A stretch of 64,000 nucleotides of DNA from Candidatus Bathyarchaeia archaeon (GCA_050010755.1 JBEKKK010000001.1:800001-864000); one strand, 5' to 3'. Positions 9,566 to 20,013 are shown, counted from the first letter of the stretch. Translations and numbers: made by a program. The notes: generated by a model from the letters alone, not told the origin.

Positions 9566-10639
9566 TTATATTAAACCGAGTTCCTTCGAGGCGATGATGT
9601 GCATCGCATGGCTCCAGCAGAGCGGTGCTACCGAGACCTGAAGATTATTCTCGAATAGTTGTTCGGGCAGGAACTCTTGAACTCTTCCCAGCGGCCAGCT
9701 GTAATATTGAAGAGCCTTTTCCCTGTCGCCCAGTTTCGCGTAGTAGATGCTCATCCAAAAGTTAAGTATCGGCCAGGCACCTGCGCCCTTCTTTCTATGC
9801 AAGCCTCCGTACATCCACCCGTCATATTCGTCACTCTCGTACCTGTGCACTCCACCGTGGACAACCAGCTTCTTTTCTATTTGCTCCACCGTGGCCGATA
9901 TCCGCGGATCATCCACTCGAAAAAGGTCAAACGGATATACAAGCCCAAGCGCCGAAGCGTCGATTCTCTCATCACTCAGCTTTCCATGGCTTCTGACAAA
10001 GAAGCCTACGCAGTGTTCTTCCAGCCTTCGAAACATCTTCTCCGCCACGTCCATCCATTTCTTGTTGGGAACGATTTCATTTGCACACCTCAGACCTTTG
10101 ACGCAGGCTGCAAGGGAATAGGTAAAATTGTCCTCCAAATCGGGAAAAGTAAACCTCTCCTCCCACAAATCATTCGCGACATCATCGAAGTGGTTCTCCT
10201 TCCATTTGCCACACAGGCCATCAGCCGCCTGCCTGACAAGCCTCTCATACTTCAACGCTCTTCTCGGTTTCTCTCTAAAATGGTGCCAGATCGCCCACAA
10301 GAGAGAACCAGTCTGATCTGGCTGAAAATTCGCCGAGGCTTTAGGACCATTAACAGAATAGTTCTGCAAAAGGCACTCCCCCTCCCTGAAACCTTCTGCT
10401 CGGTTAACGCACCAATCAAAAAAACGTTCCTGAATATTCTCAATTCGAAGAATATCGGCGGCAACGCACGTGAAGGAAGCATCTCTGGGCCACACGTACA
10501 TGTAATCCTTAGCTTCTTTCGGATAGTATTCCTTAAAGCAATTCGCCGCAACGATAGCCCCATTCTCCAACGCACAATCCAGGACTACCTGCCTACTAAC
10601 CTCAACGAAGTGCTGAACTCTCGAATCCAAACAAAACAC
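9566..10639 (-). CDS. GH15 glucoamylase-like enzyme
   Basis: YVWPRDA, FQPDQTG, DLWEE, LPEQ and PLCWSHA. Confidence 0.9.
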   Translation of the reverse strand: MFCLDSRVQHFVEVSRQVVLDCALENGAIVAANCFKEYYPKEAKDYMYVWPRDASFTCVAADILRIENIQERFFDWCVNRAEGFREGECLLQNYSVNGPKASANFQPDQTGSLLWAIWHHFREKPRRALKYERLVRQAADGLCGKWKENHFDDVANDLWEERFTFPDLEDNFTYSLAACVKGLRCANEIVPNKKWMDVAEKMFRRLEEHCVGFFVRSHGKLSDERIDASALGLVYPFDLFRVDDPRISATVEQIEKKLVVHGGVHRYESDEYDGWMYGGLHRKKGAGAWPILNFWMSIYYAKLGDREKALQYYSWPLGRVQEFLPEQLFENNLQVSVAPLCWSHAMHIIASKELGLI

Positions 10640-10747
10640 CGAAAACTAAAACACTCCAGAACTATTTAATCTATAAGCTCCTCAGAAAAAAGCTGCTGCA
10701 ACAATGCTTAAATTGTTCTTTCCAAATGTCTGGAACAGGCGACTTCC

Positions 10748-11068
10748 ATGGTTTTCTGTTCCCATTGCGGTGAAAAACTCCCTGATGATGCGAATTTCTG
10801 CACGAAATGCGGCTTCAGAACGAAACATGGTATTGAAGCCGGCGTTTTCGTTCCAACCGAGGATTTGAGAGAGGCGTTTTCAAAAATGGGAGTGGAATTG
10901 CAAAAGGCTTTCCAAACAGCAGCCATAGAGATACAGAAAGCCGTCAAAAACGTGAGAGAAGACGTTACGGATTCCAAAAAAGGACAATCAGTCGCTTGCA
11001 AGAGCTGCGGAGAAAAAAGTCCAGCGGGTGCTGTTTACTGCACTAAGTGCGGACAGAAACTCGACTAG
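10748..11068 (+). CDS. Double zinc-ribbon protein
   Basis: CxxCG..FCxxCG at both termini around a helical middle. Confidence 0.85.
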   Translation: MVFCSHCGEKLPDDANFCTKCGFRTKHGIEAGVFVPTEDLREAFSKMGVELQKAFQTAAIEIQKAVKNVREDVTDSKKGQSVACKSCGEKSPAGAVYCTKCGQKLD

Positions 11069-11101
11069 GACAAGTCCGGCTCATCGCTTTGGAGTCAAAA
11101 C

Positions 11102-11482
11102 ATGAACCCAAATGAACTAACACCGGAAGAAGAAAGAATCATCGTCCACAAAGGAACTGAGAGACCCTTCAGCGGAAAGTATGATAACTTTTTCATCCCA
11201 GGAACTTACGTGTGCAGAAGATGCGGCACACCGCTCTACCAATCAAAAAACAAGTTCGACGCAGGATGCGGATGGCCAAGCTTTGACGAGGAAATAGAAG
11301 GAGCAGTCAAGAGAATACCCGACCCTGACGGCGCCAGAACGGAGATTCAATGCGCAAAGTGCGGGGCACATCTTGGCCATGTCTTTGTAGGCGAAGGACT
11401 CACCCCCAAAAACACCCGGCACTGTGTAAATTCGATTTCAATGGAGTTCATACCAGAAAAGACCAACAAAACCGAAAAATAA
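11102..11482 (+). CDS. msrB: Methionine-R-sulfoxide reductase
   Basis: GTERPF, CxxC, GCGWPSF, HLGHVF and RHCVNS. Confidence 0.97.
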   Translation: MNPNELTPEEERIIVHKGTERPFSGKYDNFFIPGTYVCRRCGTPLYQSKNKFDAGCGWPSFDEEIEGAVKRIPDPDGARTEIQCAKCGAHLGHVFVGEGLTPKNTRHCVNSISMEFIPEKTNKTEK

Positions 11483-11723
11483 CACTCTCACCGTGTTTTG
11501 CACAATCACATAACATTTTGCACTAGTTCCGAAGGGTTAAAGAAAAGCGCACGGCTACTGATCCAATATTGGGTGGTCGCTCGCGGCAAAATCCCGAAGA
11601 AAAAGAGCGTCAAAAGCAGTTCGCAATGCTCTGAAGGGTTTACACGACGCTCTTTACGGTTTTGTCCTATTCTCCTTCAAGAACATAAACCGACGAGTCA
11701 AATCCAGATTCCCAGTGTGGCGC

Positions 11724-12215
11724 ATGAGAGAAGAGACGACGGAACATGTCGGCCAATCAGTCAAAGTGTTCCTATGGCTCATTCTTCCCTTGAGCCTCGC
11801 CTACGTTTTCGGGCAACTGTTTTTCTTCAAAGAAAACGCGCTCGGCCCCATGTTGTGGAGCATCCTCGTCTACTTCTACAGCAACTTTCTCCCTGATCTG
11901 CCTTCCATCCATAGGAAGAAAGAATCTGAAATGGGCACGTCGGATCTGTCTTGGTACAAGAAATACGCTCTCCTGCTGTTCGCTCCTCTTCTTGTCTGGC
12001 TCCTTTTTTCGGGAATAAGACTGAATTGGAAGACAGAAGAAACGTACCACAACTTCGCCTCTGCAGCCGTTTACGGGGTATTCCTTCTCGCGGTTGGTTT
12101 TCTGGCATTTGCGGGCTATCCAACGCGCGTTGAAGACTTGACTAAGGTGTTTTTCTTCACGTTCTGTGGCACAGCAGGCTTTCTGGCCCACCTGAAAGTT
12201 GACAAGATCTGGTGA
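11724..12215 (+). CDS. Membrane protein, probable metal-dependent hydrolase (YdjM/DUF2227-like)
   Basis: Several TM segments with TTEH, LPDL, TYH and AHLKVD motifs. Confidence 0.6.
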   Translation: MREETTEHVGQSVKVFLWLILPLSLAYVFGQLFFFKENALGPMLWSILVYFYSNFLPDLPSIHRKKESEMGTSDLSWYKKYALLLFAPLLVWLLFSGIRLNWKTEETYHNFASAAVYGVFLLAVGFLAFAGYPTRVEDLTKVFFFTFCGTAGFLAHLKVDKIW

Positions 12216-12316
12216 AATTGAGAACGCTTAGTGAGAACAAGCTTGCCAAAAGGTCAAATGTAATTCTCAAAAACTCTTAAATTGGCTCTGCATCCCACTA
12301 GCAACCGTGTTCCAGC

Positions 12317-13585
12317 TTGTACGATGTCGTATCTTTTGCCCTCATCCTCGCGGGCGGAATAATCGTCATAGGCTTTCTGGGCAACTACCTGTTCAAACGA
12401 ACAGGCGTCCCCGACATGCTCTTCCTCATTGTCCTAGGCCTGCTCATCGGACCCGTCACAGGGCTCATTGACGGAACGTCCCTGACCAGTTTCGCCCCCT
12501 ATCTCGCCGTCCTCGCGTTGGTTTTCATACTCTTCGACGGCGGAATGACCCTGAACATCTACCACGTCTTCTCAGAAAGCCCAAGAGCCATCGTCCTAGC
12601 AGTCACAGGGTTCGTAGTAAGCGTCACTGCGACCACTTTGATGATGGCTTTCGTAGCCATGCCGAAGATCATCGCCCTCCCCAACATTTCACCGCTCTAC
12701 TACGTCCTCTTTGGCACAATTCTCGGAGGCAGCAGCAGCACCATCGTCCTTTCCTTGGTCTCCAAGGCCCGCATGAACGGAAGAGGCTCATCCATCCTAG
12801 GCATAGAATCAGTCATGACCGACATTCTATGCATAGTCGTCACCCTCGTTCTGATAGAGACCATAGTCCTGAAAACAAACGTGGACCTTCCAACCCTAGC
12901 AAAGTCAATCGCCAGCAGACTATCAATAGGCGCCGTGCTCGGAGCAATAATCGGCATAGGATGGCTGAGCGTGCTAAAACGAATCGCAAAGGAAGGCTAC
13001 TCGTACATACTAACCCTAGGAGTCGTACTCCTTGCATACGCTCTCTCCGAATACTTGGGAGGAAGCGGCGCACTGTCTGCTCTCCTTTTCGGAATAATTC
13101 TAGGCAACGAAAAAGAAATCTACGGAATACTAAAGACCAAAAAACCCGCAACCCAAGCAGTCGACACAGGATTGAAAAGATTCGAGTCCGAAATGGCTTT
13201 TCTTCTCAGAACATTTTTCTTCGTCTACCTCGGCGTGATAGCAACAACGTCCACCACTACGATTGTGATCACTGGCGTTTACCTCTCTTTCATCATGCTC
13301 CTCATAAGATTCGGAGCCGTCAGACTCGCCACCGTACGCAGCGATCTGACTCAAGAACGAACAGCGATGAGCGTGCTGCTCACAAGAGGCTTAGCAGCAG
13401 CTGTCCTAGCAACTCTTCCGCTACAGTATGTCGATGCAACAAAGTACCCCGGCGTTGGAAACATCTTCCACCAACTGTCACCATATTACATCAGCATCTC
13501 CATAGTCGTCATCCTCACAACCTCGATAATCGCCGCTTCAAGCATCTTGCTTCTCAAACGAAGAAACAACGAAATGCCCACCTGA
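12317..13585 (+). CDS. Cation:proton antiporter (CPA1/NhaP-like)
   Basis: About 12 TM helices; ILFDGG, ESVMTD, FFFVYLG and RGLAAAVLA. Confidence 0.92.
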   Translation: MYDVVSFALILAGGIIVIGFLGNYLFKRTGVPDMLFLIVLGLLIGPVTGLIDGTSLTSFAPYLAVLALVFILFDGGMTLNIYHVFSESPRAIVLAVTGFVVSVTATTLMMAFVAMPKIIALPNISPLYYVLFGTILGGSSSTIVLSLVSKARMNGRGSSILGIESVMTDILCIVVTLVLIETIVLKTNVDLPTLAKSIASRLSIGAVLGAIIGIGWLSVLKRIAKEGYSYILTLGVVLLAYALSEYLGGSGALSALLFGIILGNEKEIYGILKTKKPATQAVDTGLKRFESEMAFLLRTFFFVYLGVIATTSTTTIVITGVYLSFIMLLIRFGAVRLATVRSDLTQERTAMSVLLTRGLAAAVLATLPLQYVDATKYPGVGNIFHQLSPYYISISIVVILTTSIIAASSILLLKRRNNEMPT

Positions 13586-13614
13586 TCGAATTGCAGGAAA
13601 GCAGCAGGAAGCCG

Positions 13615-14694
13615 TTATCGTTTTCTTTTTCCTTGTATGTACTCTTCCACGGACTGTTTCGCCATCGAGTCTGGCACTTGGATCGGCGGATGCTTAAACG
13701 CGTAGGAGGATATGCTGAGCAATTGTCCGGATATTTTGCGGTCTAGCGCTATCTTGACTGCTCGTATGATGTCTATGACGACGCCCGCGCTGTTGGGCGA
13801 GTCTTCAACCTCAAGCTTCACCATCACTGTCAGCGGCCTGTCCCCAAACTTTCTTCCTTTCAACCACAGATAACAGATTTTCTTGTTCCCCAAGAAAGGC
13901 ACATAATCCGAAGGGCCTATCCGCGTCGGCAAATCGTAGGGCACGAGGCTCGTCACCGCTTCCGTCTTGCTTATACGCTTAGTCTTCAACCGCTCCTCAA
14001 CAGTCATGTTCAAAAAGTCCGTGTCCCCGCCGAGGTTCAGCTGATAGGTCTCATCGATAATCACGCCCCTGTCCACGCAGAGCCTCGCCAAGGCCCGGTG
14101 CAAAATGGTGGCCCCCAACTGGCTCTTGATGTCGTCGCCAGCTACCGGAAGCCCCTTCTCCTCAAACTTCTTGCCCCATCTCGCGTCGGAGCCGATGAAC
14201 TCGGGCATACAGTTGATGAACCCGCAGCCAGCGTCCAAAGCTGCCTGAGCATAGAACCGCGCAGCCTCATGACTGCCAACTGGCAGATAATTGACAAGAA
14301 TCTCAGCCCCCGACTTCTTCAGCACCTCGACAACGTCCACGGGCTTAACTTCACCCTCCTTATAGACGCTGAAAACCTCTTTCATATGCTCAGCCACACC
14401 GTCAAGAGCGGGGGCAGCTGAAACCTTCACACCCAGTTTCGGCACGTCCGCAAACTTGGCGCAACAGTTCGGCGCTGTAAATATGGCCTCGGACAAGTCT
14501 TTTCCAATCTTGTTCTTGTTCACTTCAAAAGCAGCAACAAACTTCACGTCCCTGACGTGGTAGCCGCCAAAATTAACGTGCATCAAACCCGGCACCGTCA
14601 CGTTCTCCCCAGCGTCCTTGTAATACTGTACTCCTTGAACCAGCGCTGACGCCGAGTTTCCAACGCCCACGAGCGCCACTCGAATTTCTGGCAA
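13615..14694 (-). CDS. ino1: myo-inositol-1-phosphate synthase
   Basis: GVGNSAS, YLPVGS, GDDIKSQLGAT, QLNLGGDTDF and DSPNSAG. Confidence 0.96.
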   Translation of the reverse strand: MPEIRVALVGVGNSASALVQGVQYYKDAGENVTVPGLMHVNFGGYHVRDVKFVAAFEVNKNKIGKDLSEAIFTAPNCCAKFADVPKLGVKVSAAPALDGVAEHMKEVFSVYKEGEVKPVDVVEVLKKSGAEILVNYLPVGSHEAARFYAQAALDAGCGFINCMPEFIGSDARWGKKFEEKGLPVAGDDIKSQLGATILHRALARLCVDRGVIIDETYQLNLGGDTDFLNMTVEERLKTKRISKTEAVTSLVPYDLPTRIGPSDYVPFLGNKKICYLWLKGRKFGDRPLTVMVKLEVEDSPNSAGVVIDIIRAVKIALDRKISGQLLSISSYAFKHPPIQVPDSMAKQSVEEYIQGKRKR

Positions 14695-14900
14695 AACAAA
14701 CAGCTCCCTGAGGCATATCAGACTAAGCGTTTAACAATCGTCTGCTCTATAACTTTTTCTAAGGAACATAATCAGTTTGAAGAAAGTTGGTAACGCGCGC
14801 TACATTCATCAGAGCGCTGCTGGTTTTCTCCTTTGCGAGAGCACGACAAGATTAAAAGGGAACCTGAACCAGATAGTCAGCGAACAGAAGGGTATGCTTT

Positions 14901-15269
14901 ATGGATGAAGGAGATGCAGTCGTCAAGTATGAACCTTTCAAAGAAGTCGTAATAATGGAGAAGGATGTCTTCCCAACTCCTGATGACATAGCAAGGTTTG
15001 CCTCCATAATCGCGGGCGGCAGGGCCCCAGGCCTGTACTGGGCTGAAGGCGTCATTTTCCTGTACTTTCCCCTTCCAGCTTCGACAGAAATCACCGCAAG
15101 AATGCTCGTTGAACACGGACGGGTCTACTGGTCCTTTCTCGGGTATTCTCTCATGCCCAAGTACCAGCCAATAATCGAAACTCGAGAAAAAATGATTGTG
15201 CCAGTGGTCGACATGTCCACTAACAAGCTCATGAAGAAAGTTGCAACTTGGCTGAAAGAACAAAAATAG
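14901..15269 (+). CDS. Hypothetical protein
   Basis: 122-aa ORF with globular composition, upstream of and co-oriented with ribK. Confidence 0.7.
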   Translation: MDEGDAVVKYEPFKEVVIMEKDVFPTPDDIARFASIIAGGRAPGLYWAEGVIFLYFPLPASTEITARMLVEHGRVYWSFLGYSLMPKYQPIIETREKMIVPVVDMSTNKLMKKVATWLKEQK

Positions 15270-15332
15270 GCCCATTATCCTCAGTTTTCGGCATGCTTTT
15301 TTTCATCGGTTTTCATATGGCAGGAGACGCTC

Positions 15333-15722
15333 TTGAAGACTCTTTGTTTGAGGGGGACGATTTTCTCGGGCAAGGGTGAAGGAGCCAAATACATGAAACT
15401 TCCATGGGTGAAGAAACAAATAAGGGAAAAACTCGGTTTTGTCCCGTATCTCGGAACGCTGGACGTGAGGATCACCGAAGAAAGCGTCGCACTCAGGAAA
15501 ATGCTGGCAGAGAAAAAGGCAATGGACATTTTGCCTGCTGCGGGTTTCCAACGGGGAAAGTGTTACAGGGCCTCTCTCAAGACAGAGCTGAAGTGTGCTC
15601 TTATCTTTCCCGAAGTCGCCAGTTACCCGGAGAACGTGATAGAGATCATAGGGGCTGAGAACCTGAGGGAAAAGTTTCATCTCTCAGACGGCGAAACCGT
15701 CGAAGTCAGGGTGACGCCTTGA
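15333..15722 (+). CDS. ribK: CTP-dependent riboflavin kinase (DUF120)
   Basis: SGKGEG.KY, GFVPYLGTL and EII...LR....L.DG. Confidence 0.9.
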   Translation: MKTLCLRGTIFSGKGEGAKYMKLPWVKKQIREKLGFVPYLGTLDVRITEESVALRKMLAEKKAMDILPAAGFQRGKCYRASLKTELKCALIFPEVASYPENVIEIIGAENLREKFHLSDGETVEVRVTP

Positions 15723-17223
15723 CGCCCATCTTTTTCCGTTTGCTCTGCAAAAAGTTCTGCTTGTACTCTTCGAAGCAACCTTTTTTCTGCAGGTAACGCC
15801 CGTACCTGACAAGACCGCTCATTGCTCTCGCAGCGTCCTCCGGTGACGAGTAAGCCGGGATGCCCTGCTTGTCAAACCTGGTGCGCGTGTGCATTGCCAT
15901 TTCTGTCTCTCCGATGTCGCAGGCGACTATGGGCTTGTCGAACAAAAACGTCATCTTTGCCACCGCGTCTATGTAATCTTCCTGCACCGCCGGCGTCTGA
16001 TGGAGGCCGAGCAGTATTATGCCGCAGATCTCCGGGTCCTGGAACAGAATCTTGGTGGCCAGTTCAAACATTGCGTCTGTTCCCGAACCGGTTATGTCCA
16101 CCGGATTGAGGTCTGACGCAAACTTCGGAATCTTTCCCTCCACCTTCAGCTTCTCAAACTTCGCCACTGTTTTGTCAGAGAGACGAAGAATGTTCAACCC
16201 TTTCAGCTCAGCTTCATCAGCGGCCATTATTCCCGGGCCTCCAGCGTCGGTGACTATTCCTACGTTTTTTCCAGCCGCAGGCGGCTGCATGGCCAAGGAT
16301 TTTCCCATGTGGAAAAACTCGTCCATGTCCTCCGCCCTCAGGATTCCTGTCTGTTCGAAAACTGCGCTGTAGATCCTGTCTGAACCGGCAAGTGCCCCGG
16401 TGTGTGACGATGCAGCCCTCGCTCCCGCATCAGTTCTCCCGGCCTTGATGGCCACGATGGGCTTTTTCAACGTAACTTTCTCGGCTATCTTTATGAATTC
16501 GCGGCCGGACTTTATGTCTTCAACGTACAAAAGTATGACTTTTGTCTCGTCGTCGTGCAACAGAAAATCAAGCATTTCACCCTCGTTCACGTCGGCCTTG
16601 TTGCCGAAACTCACAAACTTGCTAACCCCCACCTCTCGCCCAGACAGGTAATCCAAGGCCGCGACGCCGAAGGCCCCACTCTGAGTGACTATGGCGATGT
16701 TTCCGGGAATCGGCCGCGGCGTGGCAATGACCTCGTCTCCGGATGCCAACACTTTTGTCTCGGGCAGGAAAAGCATGTCGACACCGGTTCTGGAATCGTA
16801 GACTCCGAGGCAGTTTGGTCCCAGAACGCGCATTCCCGCCTTTTTCGCTATGTCGGTTATCTGCTGTTCGAGTTCGTGATTTCCAACCTCTCCGAAGCCT
16901 GAAGTGATTATAACGGCGTCCTTAACTTTCTTGGCTGCTGCATCGTTCATTATGGTTGACACGACTGCGGCCGGAACAACAATGACGATTAGCTCAAGCT
17001 CACCAGGAATTCTGGTCACCGAAGGATAGCACTTATACCCCATGATAGAGTCTTCAGTCGGGTTCACGGCGTAGAGTTCGCCCTTGAATATGCCTCTCAT
17101 CTTGTTTTCAACGAAGTTCTTAAAAATTACGTGGCCCGCCTTGTTTATCTTCTTCGTCGCCCCGACAATCGCGACCGAATGAGGCTTGAAAAATGCGCCC
17201 AGCTTCTTCGTTTCCTCTTCCAT
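15706..17223 (-). CDS. acdA: ADP-forming acetyl-CoA synthetase alpha subunit
   Basis: PHSVAIVGA, GPNCLG, QSGA, SHTGALAG (phospho-His) and NPVD. No beta subunit adjacent. Confidence 0.9.
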   Translation of the reverse strand: MEEETKKLGAFFKPHSVAIVGATKKINKAGHVIFKNFVENKMRGIFKGELYAVNPTEDSIMGYKCYPSVTRIPGELELIVIVVPAAVVSTIMNDAAAKKVKDAVIITSGFGEVGNHELEQQITDIAKKAGMRVLGPNCLGVYDSRTGVDMLFLPETKVLASGDEVIATPRPIPGNIAIVTQSGAFGVAALDYLSGREVGVSKFVSFGNKADVNEGEMLDFLLHDDETKVILLYVEDIKSGREFIKIAEKVTLKKPIVAIKAGRTDAGARAASSHTGALAGSDRIYSAVFEQTGILRAEDMDEFFHMGKSLAMQPPAAGKNVGIVTDAGGPGIMAADEAELKGLNILRLSDKTVAKFEKLKVEGKIPKFASDLNPVDITGSGTDAMFELATKILFQDPEICGIILLGLHQTPAVQEDYIDAVAKMTFLFDKPIVACDIGETEMAMHTRTRFDKQGIPAYSSPEDAARAMSGLVRYGRYLQKKGCFEEYKQNFLQSKRKKMGVKASP

Positions 17224-17230
17224 CCGATTC

Positions 17231-18073
17231 TCACCGCTTTTTCCTAACAATGACTATGGGTTTATGTCTTACTGTCTCGAGCATCTCCCAACTCACGTCG
17301 GACAACTTCACCTTAAACGTTTCAGCCATGTCCCACACGGTTCCACCCGCCCCGAAGCCTCTAGCGCGATTCGCAACCTCAGCCACCCTCAAAGCCGCGT
17401 CCGCCGACACGAAACATCCAGCAACAGCCAAAGGAGTAGCCCTCCTCTCAAGCCCCAGCATCCGCCCGACAACGTACGCTAGAAAACCGCCGAAAGAATA
17501 AATGCCACTGAACGGGTTTGGCCTCGGCGTAAAATGAAAATTCCTGAACGAGTACGTTTTGTCAGTGTCCGCCACCATCACCACAACCCTCTTCCTGGAA
17601 GACACCCAAATCTGCCGACGAATTTTCTCGGCCACTGTCTCAGCCCCTTTCAGAGGAAGGCTCACGTAAGAGTACGGCAGGTTGCTTCCATCGATGCCTC
17701 CCTCTGAACCGAACATCAGAGCCTGCAACAAACCCGCACGTTGCAATGCAAGCTGCTTGTGCCTACTTCCAGCATCCAATGGGTAACCCCGAAGCTGCAG
17801 CAGCAACCTCTGTCGAAGACGCGACAACGGCCCGAGGAAGTAGCCCCAACCTATTCTCATCCAAAAACCTGCAATCCACCTCGCGCCTAAGCCGGGCTTG
17901 ACTTTGCTCTCGTCCACGATGTTGTTTAACGCGGTTGATATTGCCTTCTCGGAGACCACGACAAAATCGTCATCAGCGATTTTGCCCCTGACGGCCTCAA
18001 CTATTTCTTTCACGTAGTCTTGTCCGGGTCTCCAGTATCTCGTCGTCAAGGCGAGAACCTTTAACCCTGTCAT
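17231..18073 (-). CDS. CofE-like (F420:gamma-glutamyl ligase family) protein
   Basis: VVVSEKAIS, GGIDGSN and VADTDK. Start MTGLKVL chosen to avoid the overlap with thyX. Confidence 0.8.
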   Translation of the reverse strand: MTGLKVLALTTRYWRPGQDYVKEIVEAVRGKIADDDFVVVSEKAISTALNNIVDESKVKPGLGARWIAGFWMRIGWGYFLGPLSRLRQRLLLQLRGYPLDAGSRHKQLALQRAGLLQALMFGSEGGIDGSNLPYSYVSLPLKGAETVAEKIRRQIWVSSRKRVVVMVADTDKTYSFRNFHFTPRPNPFSGIYSFGGFLAYVVGRMLGLERRATPLAVAGCFVSADAALRVAEVANRARGFGAGGTVWDMAETFKVKLSDVSWEMLETVRHKPIVIVRKKR

Positions 18074-18105
18074 CTGTATCGCGCCGACTGCTAAAGCAAC
18101 GGTTT

Positions 18106-18804
18106 CTATAGGCTTCGAAACCTGGCTTTTATTTTCGGGACGCTGCATTCTGGGGGCTTCATTTTTCCTTCGGGGCAGTAGCCGATTTCAACGCAGGAAG
18201 GACCGCTGTTCTCGAACAGGGCGGGTGCGGCTTTCTTCGCTTGCTTTAGCATTTCCGTGGCAACTTCTCTTATCTCCCATTGCGCGCGTGCGCAACATCG
18301 CAGGTTGAAGAAGTGTCGCAGTTCCCTCGCGTTCATCGTCACCATGATGTTGGTTTTGGCGGCGTTCGGCAGGATGAACCTCGCATCCTCTTTGGGAATC
18401 GTCATATTCAGGAGCTTCTGATAGGCCTCAGAGATTTTCTCCAGCGTCTCGTCGAAGACTTTCTTGGCTTCCGCGTTTCGCGTTATGCTCGGCGGCGTCA
18501 CATATTTTTCTATGGTATCATACGTCACGTAGCGTTGGCTCTGCTGCGTGTACGAGGCGACACGATGTCTGACGAGCTGATGAGTCATGGCTCTGGACAC
18601 GTCCTCGATGCTGAACGTGAAGGACGCGTGCTCGATGACGGAAGCGTGTCCGTAGCCCGTCACCTGCCTAATTTTGTGCATGGCAGTTTCTGCGTCCATC
18701 TTCTCGAAGATTTCCGAAGGCTTCCCGCTCTTTATGGTGGTTGACGCTGCAGCCCCGCACAGAAGCTCGGAATCTGCCGTGTAACGAAGAAGCTTGACCT
18801 TCAA
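18106..18804 (-). CDS. thyX: FAD-dependent thymidylate synthase
   Basis: GHASVIEH, RHRVASYTQQSQRY, EDARFILP and AQWEIR. Confidence 0.97.
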   Translation of the reverse strand: MKVKLLRYTADSELLCGAAASTTIKSGKPSEIFEKMDAETAMHKIRQVTGYGHASVIEHASFTFSIEDVSRAMTHQLVRHRVASYTQQSQRYVTYDTIEKYVTPPSITRNAEAKKVFDETLEKISEAYQKLLNMTIPKEDARFILPNAAKTNIMVTMNARELRHFFNLRCCARAQWEIREVATEMLKQAKKAAPALFENSGPSCVEIGYCPEGKMKPPECSVPKIKARFRSL

Positions 18805-18948
18805 CTCTCAACCTCACCCTGAATACGAGACCGTCGTTATCGATTGGAACTGTTGTAAAATTGTCCACTGAAGCATATAAAACAATGTTCTATGAACTAT
18901 CTTTTGGAAAGATGGAAGAAAATTCGAGATGACTGCCGACGCGCTCCG

Positions 18949-20013
18949 TTACACGTGTGCGTAGACGCGTTCGTTGGTGTATTTTCCGGTTTGCATTTCC
19001 TGGTCTATTTCGCGCAGCAGCATTATGCGTTTGAAGGTCGGCGGGTGAGTTGAGAACCACGTGTTGACCGTTCTCCACGTGGATTTGGCTTCTTTTTCCA
19101 TTGCCAACTCCAATTCTCTCTCATTCAGCACGCCGTCGTGGTCCAGGTCGTACTCGTTCTTCTTGTCAAGGATTTCGCGAACTTCCTGTTTGGCCTGCGC
19201 CGGGTCGCTTATGTAGAAGGCTCTGACGCCCTCGGGGGGTTTCGGCGAGAGTGAGAGGCCGTACGTGATTTTTGTCAGGGCGCTCTCTAGGCTTCGGGGT
19301 GAACCTGTTAGGTAGGCTGAATACGCGTCTGAGTAGTGTTCCCGCAGTCTGCTGAGCCGCATCACGCTGAGCTGTGAGACGAAGTAGACAACGAAAGAGA
19401 CGACTCCGATGGCGATCAGCGCTAACGCTGCGTTTCCCTGGTTTTTCTTGCTTGAGGAGCCGCCTCCCAGCGCCGCTGCGGTCATCGTTCCCCGCGCGAT
19501 GAGATAGGCAAGCAACGGGAGTGCAGAGAGCATTGTCATGATGGCATAGTCCTTGTGTCTTATGTGTCCCAGCTCGTGGCCGATTACGCCTCTCACTTCG
19601 TCTTCGTTCAGGTTTTGCAGCAGTCCCTGATGGACTGCGAGCGTTGCTGAGTGTGCGGTTCTGCCGAAAACGAACGCGTTGGGAGTGTTGTTCGGAACGA
19701 TGGCCAGCCGGGGCATAGGTATCTTGCTCTTGTCCGCGAGATCCTTCACGGTGGATTCGAGCCAGGGGTTTTCGCCCGGCTTGAGGTATCGCAGGTGTGT
19801 AGAGAATTTTACGATTGAGGGGCCGATGGCGTACTGGAACAGCACAAAAAGCAGCGGAAGGGTCACGATGATGAGCAAGCCGACACTGAGCGTCAACGTG
19901 ACGACGAACGCGTCGACAAGAAGCAGGATCAGACCTAGAAAAGCCGCGAATATGAGCAGCGTGATGAGTATGCCTGTGCCCATCGCAAACTTCAAACCGG
20001 CCAGACCTGGCAA
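18949..20013 (-). CDS. htpX: Membrane zinc metalloprotease M48
   Basis: PNAF, HELGH, SRLREHYSD and STHPP; TM helices. Confidence 0.92.
   Translation of the reverse strand: MPGLAGLKFAMGTGILITLLIFAAFLGLILLLVDAFVVTLTLSVGLLIIVTLPLLFVLFQYAIGPSIVKFSTHLRYLKPGENPWLESTVKDLADKSKIPMPRLAIVPNNTPNAFVFGRTAHSATLAVHQGLLQNLNEDEVRGVIGHELGHIRHKDYAIMTMLSALPLLAYLIARGTMTAAALGGGSSSKKNQGNAALALIAIGVVSFVVYFVSQLSVMRLSRLREHYSDAYSAYLTGSPRSLESALTKITYGLSLSPKPPEGVRAFYISDPAQAKQEVREILDKKNEYDLDHDGVLNERELELAMEKEAKSTWRTVNTWFSTHPPTFKRIMLLREIDQEMQTGKYTNERVYAHV

Noticed and set aside
9659-10669. 336-aa + strand ORF
   Set aside because: Antisense shadow of the GH15 gene, with no recognisable motifs.
12829-13746. 305-aa Arg/His-rich ORF
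   Set aside because: Alternative frame of the antiporter gene caused by codon bias.
18074-18148. Overlap between thyX and the CofE-like ORF
   Set aside because: Disappears if the downstream ATG at 18073 is used.
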